20,000 nt of DNA, taken from IMG/VR virus record IMGVR_UViG_2846068587_000001, one strand, 5' to 3'. Positions 1 to 10,396 of the stretch are shown here, piece after piece. Source of the stretch: an uncultured virus (IMG/VR IMGVR_UViG_2846068587_000001) (taxonomy: Duplodnaviria; Heunggongvirae; Uroviricota; Caudoviricetes). The position numbers and the translations under genes are program-made. Position 1 is the stretch's first letter, and every line of letters begins with the position of its first letter. The notes below the pieces were generated by a model, which was not told the origin of the DNA, did no database searches, and saw only the letters and a list, made by a program, of their open reading frames with translations.

Positions 1-2
1 GT

Positions 3-512
3 GAGGCGCTGCTACGCGCCGCGATCCGCTTTTGTCGAGAGTCGTTGATCAGTCGGGAGACGCTGACCTTCGGCAGCCTTCCGGCGGGGGAGATCGTCGT
101 TTTGACCCCCGCCGAGCCGGAGCAGATCATGAGCCGTCTCTTGTCCGCCACCGCCTGCATTAATGCACAGAAGGCGGCGCTGTGGCATGGCGATGGCTTC
201 GCCCTGCTGGCGGAGAGTCGCTTACGTCTGGATCGGGCGGTAGACCGCCTGTGGGTCCGGATTGCGACGGAGCCCAGCGCCACGGCGGTCACGCTGCCGT
301 CAGTGCTATTGGCCTACCAGGATGCGCTGGCGGCGGGTGCCTTGATGCAGCTCTATATGATGCCGGATAAGCCCTGGAGCGATGTGCAGCGGGCGGACTA
401 TTACCGGATACGTTTCATCGAGGGGTATCGCGAGGCGTTTCGCAGTAGCAGCGAGGCCGCCCCGGATGAGACCGGTTTTCATAATCCCCCACGTCGGCAC
501 GCGTTTTTTTGA
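3..512 (+). CDS. Phage virion protein, probable head-tail adaptor-like; 5'-truncated by the window
   Basis: The frame is open from position 3 (EALLRAAIRFCRESL...), so the true start lies upstream of the window. Its stop overlaps the next ATG (TGATG, 510-514). It sits just upstream of the tail genes. Confidence 0.65.
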   Translation, partial: EALLRAAIRFCRESLISRETLTFGSLPAGEIVVLTPAEPEQIMSRLLSATACINAQKAALWHGDGFALLAESRLRLDRAVDRLWVRIATEPSATAVTLPSVLLAYQDALAAGALMQLYMMPDKPWSDVQRADYYRIRFIEGYREAFRSSSEAAPDETGFHNPPRRHAFF

Positions 513-1174
513 TGACGACCATCGCCGATGTGATTGGCCGGGTGAATACCCAGCTGAAAGATACCCTCTGGGCGCGCTGGCCACTGGCTGAGCTGTGCGA
601 CTATTTCAACGATGCCCTGTGCGCCATTTTACTGGTGCGTCCTGAAGCCGGTGCCGAGCTGGCGCACTTGCCCTGTGTTGTCGGAACGCGCCAACAGCTG
701 CCTGCCGGTATTTTCCGCTTATTGGAGATTGTCCGTGTTCATGATGGCCAGGCGTTGTTACCCGTTCCGCGCGAGGTGCTGGACAGCCAGTACCCCGATT
801 GGCATCAACTGACCGGCCCCGTAGAGCGCTATTGCTACAGCGATAAAACCCCGTTGATTTACTACCTGTTTCCGGGAGCGGCGGAGGCGTTGATGTTGGA
901 GGCGGTGGTGTGCCGCACGCCGACCGCCGTGAGCATTACCACCTTGCAGGATGAGACGGCGCAACAATCCGTACCGCTTGACCCGGTGTACATCAATCCA
1001 CTTATCGATTGGATGCTGTATCGCGCTTTCAGTAAAGACAATGAGGGCGGCGCCAATGTGGCGTTGGCAATGCAGCATTATCACGTCTTTGCCGAGCAGT
1101 TGGGTATCAAGCAGCGTAGCGATGCGCTGCTTCGTCAGGCGTTGCGTAATCAGTATCTGGGAGGTGAGTCTTGA
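512..1174 (+). CDS. Phage adaptor-like virion protein (DUF6682-like)
   Basis: 220-aa ORF with ATG coupled to the upstream stop. Motifs '[14 protein letters not shown]...RPEA' and '[13 protein letters not shown]' resemble the conserved gene preceding the tail fibre in 933W-like podophages. Confidence 0.7.
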   Translation: MTTIADVIGRVNTQLKDTLWARWPLAELCDYFNDALCAILLVRPEAGAELAHLPCVVGTRQQLPAGIFRLLEIVRVHDGQALLPVPREVLDSQYPDWHQLTGPVERYCYSDKTPLIYYLFPGAAEALMLEAVVCRTPTAVSITTLQDETAQQSVPLDPVYINPLIDWMLYRAFSKDNEGGANVALAMQHYHVFAEQLGIKQRSDALLRQALRNQYLGGES

Positions 1175-3972
1175 GTATTGTGATTTCCGGGGTATTGCTC
1201 GATCCCCTCGGCCAACCGGTCGCCCAGGCTCAGATTACATTAACGGCGACGACGAATAGCCTGCGTGTATTGCGGGGATTCAGTTGCAGTGTACCGACGG
1301 ACAGCGCGGGGCGCTATACCTTGGCGTTGGAGGCGGGCAGCTATGCGGTCAGTGTGGCTCACCAGGGGCGTAACTTTGTCTATGGCGCGGTGACGATCGA
1401 CGCGGACTCGGCGCCGTCCTCGTTAAATGTGTTGCTCCAGCAACAGGTGATGGAGCAGCAGGTGACGCCAGAAGTCATCCTCTATTTTCGTCAAATCCAG
1501 CAGGTCGTTGCCGAGGATATGGCGGCGGTACAACAGTTGTCCGAGCAGGCGAATCAGGCGGCGGCTCAAGCACAGGGCAGTCAACGCGCGGCGGTTGCCG
1601 CCGAAAACGCTGCCGCGCAGAGTGCTCAGTCGGCAGCGCGTAGCCAGCAGGCGGCCTCGGCCGCAGAAAGGATGGCAGGACAAAGTCAACGGGCGGCGCT
1701 CTCCTCTGCCGAGGACGCACGGCACAGCGCTCAGGCCGCCGCACAGACGGCGGAGCAGGCGGCGACCCTGGCGGCCAGCCAGACGGTGACGCAGTTAACC
1801 GAGGCGGTCAGGGATGAGCGGGAACAGGTGGCAGATCTACACCGTCAGGTGGAGGAGGCCGCCGAACGGGGCGAGCAACAGGCACGGCAGGCCACGGCGC
1901 AAGCCGATGCTGCGCACGCCAGCCAACAAGCGGCCAGTGCGGCAGCGAGTGTCGCCGAACAATCCGCACTTCAAGCGCAGGGTAGCCAGCAGGAGGCGGC
2001 CACCTCGGCGGCGCAGTCTCAGCGCAGTGCGCAAACGGCGCAGTCTAGCCAGCGGAGCATGGCGGTTGCTGCGGATAAAATCGTCAAAAGCGCTCAGACA
2101 CTGCACAGTGACCAGCAGCATTTCAACAACTTGAGAAAGGATGTCGAATATTGGCAGGATAGAGCCAGGTGTTGGGCGGATGACGCTAAAATGTACGCCG
2201 GCCAGGCCGCAGGGAGTGAATTTGACGCGAGATCCTCTTTGTTCGAGACAAGAGATCTCCGCGAAAACATCTTAGAGATTGCAGCGGAGATAGACGAGAG
2301 TGTGCGGCAGGCAGAGGCTGCCGCGTCACAGGCAGCCGAACGGGCCGCTAGCGAGGCGGCGACCCTGGCAGCAGAGCGCGCCGCCGCACAAGCCAGTGAG
2401 CAGGCTGCGGCCCAGTTGACGCAGATTTTCAGCGATGACCTTGCGCAAACGCAACAGCATCAACAGGCGGCTGCCGCCTCAGAGGCTGCGGCACAGCGTG
2501 CAGTGAAGAGCGCTGAGGAAATACTAGAGCAGGAACACGCGCGGACAAATGCTGTGTTACAGCAGGCGAACGAGGCCGCTGAAAATGCAGAGCAGTATGC
2601 GCATCAGGCTGAAATATCGCTAGAGGGAGCACGCGAAGCGGCTGAAAATGCGCAAGATTCAGCCTTACTTGCCCAGTCAGCCAAACAAGATACTGCCCAG
2701 TATGTCGCGGAGGTACAGGCGCATACGCGTCAGGTGGTATTATCGGCGCAACAAGTTAAGGATGACACCGATACCAGTGTGCAGCTGGCAGAGGAAGTGG
2801 CTCAATTAGCGCAGACCACCCGATCTCTGGTGGTGAAAGGCCAGGAGCACGTTGAACGCATCGAGCGAGATCTTCAGCTAAATGAGGATAAGGCACCGCT
2901 AGCGAGTCCGGCTTTTACCGGGCATCCCACGGCGCCGACGCCGGATAAGTCGGCTGCCGGACAAGAGATCGCGACCGCGGCCTTTGTGTTGGCGCAGATA
3001 GCGCAGTTGATTAATGCTTCTCCGACGGCGCTGGATACCTTACAGGAGCTGGCCGCAGCGCTCGGTAACGATCCCAATTTTTCGTCAACGGTGATGACGA
3101 TGATTGGCCAGAAGCTGGATAAGGCGCAGAACGGGGCTGATATTCCGGATAAGGCCCGTTTTCTGGAGAATATTAGTATCGTCGAGGCGACGACCTCGCG
3201 CAAAGGCATCGTGCAGTTGAGCGACAGTATCAGTAATAACAGCATGAAGGTAGCGGCCACCGCCAATGCATTACGGCGTACTTATCTGGAAGCGACGCGA
3301 GCGGCCAGTACGCGTCAAGTGGGCCGAGTACAGCTTAATGACACCTTAAACAGTATCAGCACCACCCAGGCGGCGACGGCCAACGCCGTCAAACGCACTT
3401 ATGACGAGGCCACCCGCACCGCCAGCTATAGCCAGTATGGGCGGGTACGAGTCTCTAATAACACCAGTGATCCAGATACCACACGCGTGCCTACCTCAGA
3501 TGCATTACGGCGAGTTTACCTGGAGGCCACCCGCTTAGCCACCGTAAACCAAGTCGGTCGGGTTCAGCTTGAGAATAGTCTCTATAGCAGTAGTACGACA
3601 CGGGCAGCGACAGCCAAGGTGGTGAAAATTGCATACGCGACTGCCACTATTGAGGCCAGCCTCGAACGTCCAGGACGGGTGCAGCTCAACGACGATCTTG
3701 ATAGCTATAAAACCAATCAAGCGGCAACGGCGAATGCCGTCAGGCGAGCCTTTGAAAAGGCGGCCGATGCGATGACGTTGGCGCAACAAGCTATGGCGCA
3801 GATAACGACGTTGTCCCGGCTTCCCGGACCGCCGGGGCCTCCGGGGCCGCAAGGTGAGCCCGGACCATCAGGTCCACCAGGGCCACAGGGGCCACCTGGC
3901 CCTCAAGGTCCTCAAGGTCCTTCAGGCTCTAGTTACTCCAGTTCGGGGGAGCGTCATGGTTCGATTCGCTAG
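1171..3972 (+). CDS. Tail fibre protein (prophage tail-fibre N-terminal domain, Ala/Gln coiled-coil, fibre repeats, collagen C-terminus)
   Basis: N-terminus '[13 protein letters not shown]...ITLTA...[20 protein letters not shown]' is of the lambda Stf type. It also has the fibre motifs '[18 protein letters not shown]' and '[17 protein letters not shown]', five 39-aa repeats and a Gly-Pro-X run. SD GGAGGT lies upstream of the TTG start. Confidence 0.93.
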   Translation: MSIVISGVLLDPLGQPVAQAQITLTATTNSLRVLRGFSCSVPTDSAGRYTLALEAGSYAVSVAHQGRNFVYGAVTIDADSAPSSLNVLLQQQVMEQQVTPEVILYFRQIQQVVAEDMAAVQQLSEQANQAAAQAQGSQRAAVAAENAAAQSAQSAARSQQAASAAERMAGQSQRAALSSAEDARHSAQAAAQTAEQAATLAASQTVTQLTEAVRDEREQVADLHRQVEEAAERGEQQARQATAQADAAHASQQAASAAASVAEQSALQAQGSQQEAATSAAQSQRSAQTAQSSQRSMAVAADKIVKSAQTLHSDQQHFNNLRKDVEYWQDRARCWADDAKMYAGQAAGSEFDARSSLFETRDLRENILEIAAEIDESVRQAEAAASQAAERAASEAATLAAERAAAQASEQAAAQLTQIFSDDLAQTQQHQQAAAASEAAAQRAVKSAEEILEQEHARTNAVLQQANEAAENAEQYAHQAEISLEGAREAAENAQDSALLAQSAKQDTAQYVAEVQAHTRQVVLSAQQVKDDTDTSVQLAEEVAQLAQTTRSLVVKGQEHVERIERDLQLNEDKAPLASPAFTGHPTAPTPDKSAAGQEIATAAFVLAQIAQLINASPTALDTLQELAAALGNDPNFSSTVMTMIGQKLDKAQNGADIPDKARFLENISIVEATTSRKGIVQLSDSISNNSMKVAATANALRRTYLEATRAASTRQVGRVQLNDTLNSISTTQAATANAVKRTYDEATRTASYSQYGRVRVSNNTSDPDTTRVPTSDALRRVYLEATRLATVNQVGRVQLENSLYSSSTTRAATAKVVKIAYATATIEASLERPGRVQLNDDLDSYKTNQAATANAVRRAFEKAADAMTLAQQAMAQITTLSRLPGPPGPPGPQGEPGPSGPPGPQGPPGPQGPQGPSGSSYSSSGERHGSIR
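3184..3768 (+). repeat. Five tandem 39-aa (117-nt) tail-fibre repeats
   Basis: Units begin [56 protein letters not shown] and [14 protein letters not shown]; each continues with an AATANAV/L-like motif. Confidence 0.9.
3826..3933 (+). repeat. Collagen-like Gly-X-Y repeat (12 triplets)
   Basis: [36 protein letters not shown]. Confidence 0.95.
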
Positions 3973-3987
3973 TTCAAGGTTCTGCGC

Positions 3988-5613
3988 GTGGTAATAGATA
4001 TCCCCCTGATGCGCGGAGAGCGTCCGCGTGTCATTGGCCACCTCTTACCGGAGGCGTGTGCCACGCAGGCGCGTAATTGCCATTTTCGTCATGGCGTGAT
4101 TTCGCCCTTGAGGGAAGATCTGGAAACCTCCATTACACTGCCGATCACTCCGCGCACCCTGTTCCATTACCGGGATGACTTCTGGTTCACCTGGCCGCGA
4201 CGGGTCGATGCCATACATAGCCCGGTGGCACAGGATCAATACGGCCGCGTCTATTTTACCGATGGTCAGGCTCCCCAGGTGACCAGTGCATCGATCGCCA
4301 CGCGGGGGCAAGGGCGTTACCCCGCAGCCAGTTATCGCTTGGGCGTCCCCGCACCGCCATCCCCGCCACAGATTGGGGAGATTTGTTATCCCGAGGGGGA
4401 GGAGTTGAATGATCCGCTGGATGACGAAACCCGGTTCTATGTCGAGACCTATGTGACCGCCTATGGCGAAGAGGGACCACCGGGGCCGGTCTCGCACGAG
4501 GTGACCATCCCTTATCCTGGCAGCCGGGTAACGTTACAGCTTGCCGCGTTGGTCGCGCAGAATCACAACATTAGTCGCCGGCGGCTCTACCGTTCGGTCA
4601 CCGGCGGCGGTGTGGCGGATTATCTGTTGGTCGCCGAATTAGATATCGCTCAGACCACGTATGAGGATGCGCTGCCGTCGGCGGTCTTGGGTGGGGTACT
4701 GGAAACCTATGATTACCTGATGCCGCCGGACAATATGGTGGGACTGTGCCTGATGGCGAATGGCATAGCCGCCGGTTTCGCCGGGAATGAAGTGCTGTTT
4801 TCGGCGGCTTACCTACCCTATGCCTGGCCGAACGCCTACCGGCAGAGTACCGAGCATGACATCGTGGCGATGGCGGCGTTGGGCACATCGTTGGTGGTGA
4901 CGACGCAAGGTTATCCCTATCTGTTTAGCGGGGTATCGCCGGGTAGCATGACCAGCAGTAAGCTGCCGATTTTGCAGGCCTGTAGCAGTGCGGATAGCCT
5001 GGTTGAGATGGATGGTTTCGTGCTGTATGCCTCGGTCAATGGCTTGGTGTCTGTTGATCACCAAGGCAATGCGCGGCTCGCGACGGAGGGGATTATCGAT
5101 CCCCGCCAGTGGCGTCGCCAGTTTCGGCCAGAGACGATACGTGCCTGGTCGGTGGAGGGGGAGTATTTCGCCCATTACCAAAATGCGCAGCAGCGGCGCG
5201 CCGGTTTTATTTTTGATCCTCAGGCGATGGACTTGCGCCATACCGATAGCGTTTTTGACTGTGCGGCCCGGCAGCTGGCGAGCGACCAGTGCTATATCGC
5301 CCGCCAACAACGGCTGTACCAACTCCAGCAGGGAACGCATCCCCGCGCCATGTACTGGTGCTCTAAGGTTTTCCTGGCACCGGCGAATACGGCTTTTTCC
5401 TGCCTACGGGTATTGAGTCCACAACCGTTACAGGTGGGGATCCACCTTATCATCGATGACGCGATCGCCTTTAGCTTACCGCCCGGTACGTTGACGGAGC
5501 CGGTGGTGAAGTTACCGCCGCTCACGGGACGGCGCTGGCAGATCGCCTGTTATGGTACGGCGCAGGTCGATCGCCTGACGCTCAGCACCTCTATGGCCAG
5601 GTTGCCCGCATGA
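3988..5613 (+). CDS. Phage tail structural protein (probable nozzle/stabilisation-type)
   Basis: 541-aa beta-rich ORF with motifs 'GERPRVIGHLLP...A..ARNC', 'YVETYVTAYGEEGPP' and 'FSAAYLPYAWP'. It lies between the fibre and tail-tip genes, and its stop overlaps the next ATG. Confidence 0.7.
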   Translation: MVIDIPLMRGERPRVIGHLLPEACATQARNCHFRHGVISPLREDLETSITLPITPRTLFHYRDDFWFTWPRRVDAIHSPVAQDQYGRVYFTDGQAPQVTSASIATRGQGRYPAASYRLGVPAPPSPPQIGEICYPEGEELNDPLDDETRFYVETYVTAYGEEGPPGPVSHEVTIPYPGSRVTLQLAALVAQNHNISRRRLYRSVTGGGVADYLLVAELDIAQTTYEDALPSAVLGGVLETYDYLMPPDNMVGLCLMANGIAAGFAGNEVLFSAAYLPYAWPNAYRQSTEHDIVAMAALGTSLVVTTQGYPYLFSGVSPGSMTSSKLPILQACSSADSLVEMDGFVLYASVNGLVSVDHQGNARLATEGIIDPRQWRRQFRPETIRAWSVEGEYFAHYQNAQQRRAGFIFDPQAMDLRHTDSVFDCAARQLASDQCYIARQQRLYQLQQGTHPRAMYWCSKVFLAPANTAFSCLRVLSPQPLQVGIHLIIDDAIAFSLPPGTLTEPVVKLPPLTGRRWQIACYGTAQVDRLTLSTSMARLPA

Positions 5614-7178
5614 ATAAACGGCGAGCCTTTCGGGCCGGACGTAACCTAGAGGCGGTATATGAAAACATCGAGCTGATAACCGGCCAACGTGGTGATGGTC
5701 AGGATCGCGCCATTACGGCCCGTGATTTGGTGGCATTGGGACTCGCGCGCTTGGGGCGCGCACCAGGCGGGCAGTTTCAACCGTTGCCGGGCGTGGATCC
5801 GGGGATTATTTCCCGTGACGGTGTAACGGGTGGCTTTGGTCAGGTCGATTTTCCGCCACCACCCGAGGCGTTGCAGGCGCATGGGGGCTTTAGTGCGGTA
5901 CTGCTGGAATGGAAAATCCCGCGTTACCGAGGCCATGCGTTAACGGAGATTTACCGCCATAGCGAAGATAATCTGGCCGATGCCGTTCTCGTGGCGACCT
6001 CGGTTTCGACGCTGTATGGCGACCCTGTCGATCCAGGGTGGCAAGGCTTCTACTGGGTCCGCTTCGTCAACATCGCGGGGGTGGCAGGGCCATTCAATGC
6101 GAGCGCGGGGACGCCCGCCCAAACCAGCCCTGAGATAGGTGTGGTGGTGTCGCTGATTGAGCGTGAGATTAATGACTCTCCCTTGATATCGGAATTAGCC
6201 GCTGAACTGGAAAACGGTCAACAGGCACTGATTGAAACAGGTGAGCGCCTAACTACCGTTGATCGCGATGGTAGCCAGGCTTTCCAGGCCCTATGGAGCC
6301 AGAAAAGTCGCGTTGGTGAGATTAGCGCTGGTATCGGCATCGTCGCAGGCAGCGATGCGCAAGGGAATCCCTTGAGTCAGGTGGCGATTGCCGCCAATCA
6401 GTTTTTTGTCTTTGACCCCAATAATCCCAACGATGACGGCACCTACGCGTTCCCCTTTGTCGTGGATGGGACGAGTGGCCGGGTCATCATGGCGAAGGCG
6501 GCGATAGAGCAGGCGACGATCCAGATTTTACAGGCACAACGTATTGTGGCGGATGAGGTCAAGGCTGGGATTTCGCTCAGTGCGCCCCAGATCACCGGCG
6601 CGCAGATTTTTGCTTCCGCCATCACCAGTTTAGGGAATCCTCCTCGCTTCGCCTTGACGCCCGATGGGGGGCTGTTTGCGCGTCAGGCGGATATCAGTGG
6701 TCACATCAATGCTACCAGTGGCCGTCTGAGTCGCGTCACCATCGATGAGACATGCGATGTCAAAGAGATCCGCGCCGAAACCATCAAGGGCGATATCGTC
6801 AAGGTCATCACGCTGAGACTTGGCATGCCGTTGCAGATCAGTGCCGCCCCCTTTGATCGCCTACTGTTTGCCATGCCAGTGGCGGCCCATGGTACGACCT
6901 CGACCAGTACCACCAGTTCAGGGAGGGAGGGGCGAGATAGAACTAGTACCAGCTACTCTGGGACGCGAATAGGCATCAACATCAATGGCCGAGAGGTGGT
7001 GGTTGCTGACCAATTTGGCTCAGGGGTCGATGTAGGGACGGCTATCGAATCCATCCCCGCTGCAACGAATATTACGCTGGAGTTGTGGGTTGAAAAGAGG
7101 AATGGCAATTCTACGCGACGTTATACCGATGACCAGACTATCTCAATGACGCTCAATTGCCTGCTGTACAAGGCTTAA
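5610..7178 (+). CDS. Tail tip / host-specificity protein (FN3-like region plus DUF1983/lambda-J-like C-terminal part)
   Basis: FN3-like 'FYWVRFVNIAGVAGPFN'; DUF1983-like 'AIAANQFFVFDP...FPFVVDG...AAIEQATI'; J-like 'ARQADISGHINATSG...VTIDETCDV...IKGDIVK'. Confidence 0.8.
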   Translation: MNKRRAFRAGRNLEAVYENIELITGQRGDGQDRAITARDLVALGLARLGRAPGGQFQPLPGVDPGIISRDGVTGGFGQVDFPPPPEALQAHGGFSAVLLEWKIPRYRGHALTEIYRHSEDNLADAVLVATSVSTLYGDPVDPGWQGFYWVRFVNIAGVAGPFNASAGTPAQTSPEIGVVVSLIEREINDSPLISELAAELENGQQALIETGERLTTVDRDGSQAFQALWSQKSRVGEISAGIGIVAGSDAQGNPLSQVAIAANQFFVFDPNNPNDDGTYAFPFVVDGTSGRVIMAKAAIEQATIQILQAQRIVADEVKAGISLSAPQITGAQIFASAITSLGNPPRFALTPDGGLFARQADISGHINATSGRLSRVTIDETCDVKEIRAETIKGDIVKVITLRLGMPLQISAAPFDRLLFAMPVAAHGTTSTSTTSSGREGRDRTSTSYSGTRIGININGREVVVADQFGSGVDVGTAIESIPAATNITLELWVEKRNGNSTRRYTDDQTISMTLNCLLYKA

Positions 7179-7220
7179 GTCTAACCGGCGCATAAACGGC
7201 TGGAGCCCGAAGGCATAGTG

Positions 7221-7592
7221 ATGAAACCGACCCTCGATGCGCGCATTCGACGTGCCGCCGCCGCTGATGGCGGCCAAGAGCTGATCGATGAGATTAATCA
7301 GGCTTGCCGTCAGGGACGGGCGTTTTGTATCGGATCGGCGCAGGTGCGCATCGTACTGCGTTTACGCTTTCGGGATGGCGAGCCCTATGTGGTGGTCTGG
7401 TTGGCCGCCAGCACGTTACACGATGGGGTGCGGCGTTATACCCCACTGATCCAGGCAATGACGCGCCAGGTCGGCGGCCGTTGGGCGGAGTTTGCCACGC
7501 GGCGCCGGGGATTTCTTCGCTTGGCTCGGCGGTTGGGTTTTGAGCCCCTGGCCGAGGAAGAGGGGTTGTTACGCTTTAAAATTCCGCTTTGA
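7221..7592 (+). CDS. Conserved phage protein, possibly GNAT-fold head-assembly type
   Basis: About 123 aa; the C-terminal 'FATRRRGFLRLARRLGF' resembles GNAT-like podophage proteins located between tail and ejection genes. The start could be GTG 7218 or ATG 7221. Confidence 0.55.
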   Translation: MKPTLDARIRRAAAADGGQELIDEINQACRQGRAFCIGSAQVRIVLRLRFRDGEPYVVVWLAASTLHDGVRRYTPLIQAMTRQVGGRWAEFATRRRGFLRLARRLGFEPLAEEEGLLRFKIPL

Positions 7593-7602
7593 GGAGACGG
7601 TC

Positions 7603-8178
7603 ATGGGTAAAGGCGGTAGTCGTGAAATTAAGGAGACCTCGCAGGAAAAGGCGGCGGCGGAGGTCGCGATGGCGCAGTGGAAGCTCTACCAACAAGAGTT
7701 GAGCCCCTTTGAAAATCTGTTTATGCGTCAGGTGGATGAGCTGGATAAGGAGAGCCAATACACACAGCGGGCGGGAGAGGCCAACCTAGGGTATCAACAG
7801 GCGTTCGGCCATGCTCGCCAGCAGACGGCGGATAGCTTGCTGGCGACGGGAACCGATCCGGGCAGCGGTAAGTTTCAATCTGCGTTGCAGAACAACACGA
7901 GCGATCAACTGGTGGGGCAGATCGATACCCGCAACCGGGCGCAGAGTAGCCAGCAAGATCGTTATATTGCTGGCCTGCAAGATGTGGCGGCCATCGGTGG
8001 CGGGCAGAAGGCGCTCGCGCTGAGCGGCTTTAACGATATTGCCGATGTGGCGCAGAAGCGTGCCGCCAACGATGCCTATCGTCATCTCAATGATCAACTG
8101 GCGTTAGGCGGTGCCGTCGGCACCGGACTCGGCATGGCGACGCGTTTCTATGGCATGCCGAATAAAGAGAGAACGTAG
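7603..8178 (+). CDS. Probable ejection/internal virion protein
   Basis: Start reassigned to ATG 7603 (MGKGGSREIKE...) with SD GAGGAG at 7591-7596. 191 aa, Gln/Ala-rich helical, with a Gly-rich hydrophobic C-terminus. Confidence 0.65.
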   Translation: MGKGGSREIKETSQEKAAAEVAMAQWKLYQQELSPFENLFMRQVDELDKESQYTQRAGEANLGYQQAFGHARQQTADSLLATGTDPGSGKFQSALQNNTSDQLVGQIDTRNRAQSSQQDRYIAGLQDVAAIGGGQKALALSGFNDIADVAQKRAANDAYRHLNDQLALGGAVGTGLGMATRFYGMPNKERT

Positions 8179-8214
8179 CGATGTGACGCGAGCGCGTCGC
8201 GAGAGGAGACGCAC

Positions 8215-8595
8215 ATGGGATGGGCATCCGATACCTTTGCCGATCTGACCCGCCAGCAATATCAGGATTGGCGAGAGCGGTTTTACCCACGGCTGAAAAC
8301 CTTGATGGAGCAGGCCTCAGGGGAGGCGTTGCTGGACCGCCAGCTTGGCCGGGCGGATTGGAATACACAGAATTCATTGCGTTCGGCGTTGAGTGCGCAG
8401 ACCAACCAGATGGCACGCTATGGCACACCGCTCGGGCAGGAGGCGCAAGATCATCGTCTTGGCCTGCGAACGGCCTTGGCCCATGCGGGTGCCAAGAACG
8501 GGATCCGTGAGGCGGCGCGCTCGCGTCAGTTCGCTATCTTGACCGGCGGAGCATCGGGCATTCGGGAGCAGGTGAGCGTGGGAGGAGACCGATAA
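8215..8595 (+). CDS. Phage hypothetical protein, probable internal virion protein
   Basis: 126 aa with SD GAGGAG upstream; tightly packed in the operon. Confidence 0.65.
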   Translation: MGWASDTFADLTRQQYQDWRERFYPRLKTLMEQASGEALLDRQLGRADWNTQNSLRSALSAQTNQMARYGTPLGQEAQDHRLGLRTALAHAGAKNGIREAARSRQFAILTGGASGIREQVSVGGDR

Positions 8596-8596
8596 C

Positions 8597-8857
8597 ATGG
8601 GATATGGATTGATTGACGTGGGCGCACAGACTCGGAGTCAGGCGCTGCAAGGGCTCAGGCAGAGCGCCGAGCGTGAGGAGCAGCGCAATATGCTCAATAA
8701 ACAGATACGCCAGCAGCGTCAGGCCGGAAGGATGACGGCGACGGGAACGGCCGCCGGGCTGGGGGCGGCGCTAGGCATGGGCACCAGCGTTGGCGGGCCG
8801 GTAGGCGCGGTGATCGGCGGCGTATTGGGACTGTTGGCCTCAAGTTTATTTTCCTGA
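8597..8857 (+). CDS. Small glycine-zipper membrane-type virion/ejection protein
   Basis: 86 aa; C-terminal GxxxG zipper 'GTAAGLGAALGMGTSVGGPVGAVIGGVLGLLASSLF'; SD GGAGGAG upstream. Confidence 0.7.
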   Translation: MGYGLIDVGAQTRSQALQGLRQSAEREEQRNMLNKQIRQQRQAGRMTATGTAAGLGAALGMGTSVGGPVGAVIGGVLGLLASSLFS

Positions 8858-8869
8858 CGGGAGGGCACG

Positions 8870-10309
8870 ATGGGTATTCAGGGTCTAGCGGAGGGGCTGC
8901 TGGCCGGTTTCAACGCCGCCGATCATGCGTTGAATCGCCGTGAGGCGTGGCGTAGACAAGAGGCCGAGAGTCAACGTCACCAGGCGAATAGCGATCGCCT
9001 GTTCACGCAGGCGAAGGAGCAAATGGATTGGAACCACGCGTATCAGCAGCGCCAGGAGGCCAGGGAGGATAAGCGTTGGGCGATGGGACAAGCCTTGGAT
9101 CGTGAGCGTTTGGCGTTGATGAAGGCGGATCACGCGGAGCACCGAGCGCAGCAGATGAGAGATCGGCGCACGTTACAGGAGATGCCGCTGGTTAAAGCGG
9201 GCTATGACGCGCTGCAAAACGGGCAGTATGAGCAGGCTAATCGCATTTTCTCACAGGTCTCTACGGACAGCCCACTGCACCCGGTACACTATTTTGGCCA
9301 GCAGCCGGTCGGCGTGGCGAAAGCGATCATTCAGGATGTGCCCAAAGTGCTAGCGGGGGAGTTGGATTACAACAGCCCCGACGCGATGGCGATATTGAAT
9401 CAGGTCTTCGCCGCCGATCTGAAACGTAGCATTGGTCAGACTGATCCCGACAGCGGCAAGAAAATCACCGATAGCCAGCTGATACACCTGGGGCGAAGCG
9501 AAGATCAGCAGGGTTTTATCGGAACCCTCCAGATCACCTATGACGATGGCTCCTCTGCCGAGAAGCCGCTGACCCGCAATGGCTCTAGCGACCCACGGGA
9601 TACCGTACCGATTATTCCGGTCAACGATCTGCTGGGGGGGCTGTACAACTATGTGCGTACCGTGGGTTATATCAACCAGCCGCAGCAGGTCGAGTTTATG
9701 AATCGTCTGGTTAACCCCGAGTCGGCTCCGCAAGAGGATAACCGCATGCTACGTGACTACCAGCGTTATGCCTATGAGCTGGACAAAGAGGAGGCCGGTG
9801 CATTGGTCGGTCTTGAGAAGCAGGACAGCCGGGCAGAAACGCAAGCTTATTATGACGGGCTGCGGGCACGGCTCGCACAACGTTTCGGTTATCACACGGA
9901 GGATGACCCGTCAGCGCAAGCCTTGCCCGCCGCGCTCCAGAGCTGGGCGGGGAGCGATGCGTCGAAGCAGGCCTTCTTGCGTGAGGGACACCAGCGCGGC
10001 GTACTGCCGGCAACGGTGACCCCGCGTCAATTGGACGCCATGTATGCCGATGCCCAATCGTTGTCGCAGAGTCCAGAAGGTAAGGCGCGGGCGTTTGCCC
10101 AAGAAAGCGATGACGCGTTGGATCGTAAGGCCGCTTTCCTGCGTAGTGATTTACAACATGCTACCGCGCCCGAACTCCGCTCGCGAATCGCCGGTGAGTT
10201 GATGGCACTGGAGCGGGAGTTAATGCGCCGTCAGAGCAAACCTGACCCGCGGGCGAGCCAGGAGCCCTCGCAGACTGACGCATTGTCCACGCCGTTTGAG
10301 GATCATTGA
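8870..10309 (+). CDS. Probable ejection (DNA transfer) protein
   Basis: 479 aa; N-terminus 'GLAEGLLAGF' followed by a charged coiled-coil; SD GGAGGG; directly precedes the giant virion gene. Confidence 0.65.
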   Translation: MGIQGLAEGLLAGFNAADHALNRREAWRRQEAESQRHQANSDRLFTQAKEQMDWNHAYQQRQEAREDKRWAMGQALDRERLALMKADHAEHRAQQMRDRRTLQEMPLVKAGYDALQNGQYEQANRIFSQVSTDSPLHPVHYFGQQPVGVAKAIIQDVPKVLAGELDYNSPDAMAILNQVFAADLKRSIGQTDPDSGKKITDSQLIHLGRSEDQQGFIGTLQITYDDGSSAEKPLTRNGSSDPRDTVPIIPVNDLLGGLYNYVRTVGYINQPQQVEFMNRLVNPESAPQEDNRMLRDYQRYAYELDKEEAGALVGLEKQDSRAETQAYYDGLRARLAQRFGYHTEDDPSAQALPAALQSWAGSDASKQAFLREGHQRGVLPATVTPRQLDAMYADAQSLSQSPEGKARAFAQESDDALDRKAAFLRSDLQHATAPELRSRIAGELMALERELMRRQSKPDPRASQEPSQTDALSTPFEDH

Positions 10310-10331
10310 TGGAGCCTCCTTTCCTTCCATG

Positions 10332-10354
10332 AACCGCTGATAGGCGGTTTTTTT
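10332..10354 (+). terminator. Intrinsic terminator between ejection genes
   Basis: AACCGC-tgatag-GCGGTT followed by a T run. Confidence 0.7.
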
Positions 10355-10396
10355 ACGCCTGAAATTTAGGCATTCCCCTCTAGCCGGAGGCATACC

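Noticed and set aside
1171..7178. Diversity-generating retroelement or invertible tail-fibre cassette
   Set aside because: No reverse transcriptase or invertase, no template/variable repeat pair differing at adenines, and no inverted crossover sites in this window.
7492..7602. Longer start for the 228-aa ORF
   Set aside because: It overlaps the upstream gene by about 100 nt, whereas ATG 7603 has a clear SD.
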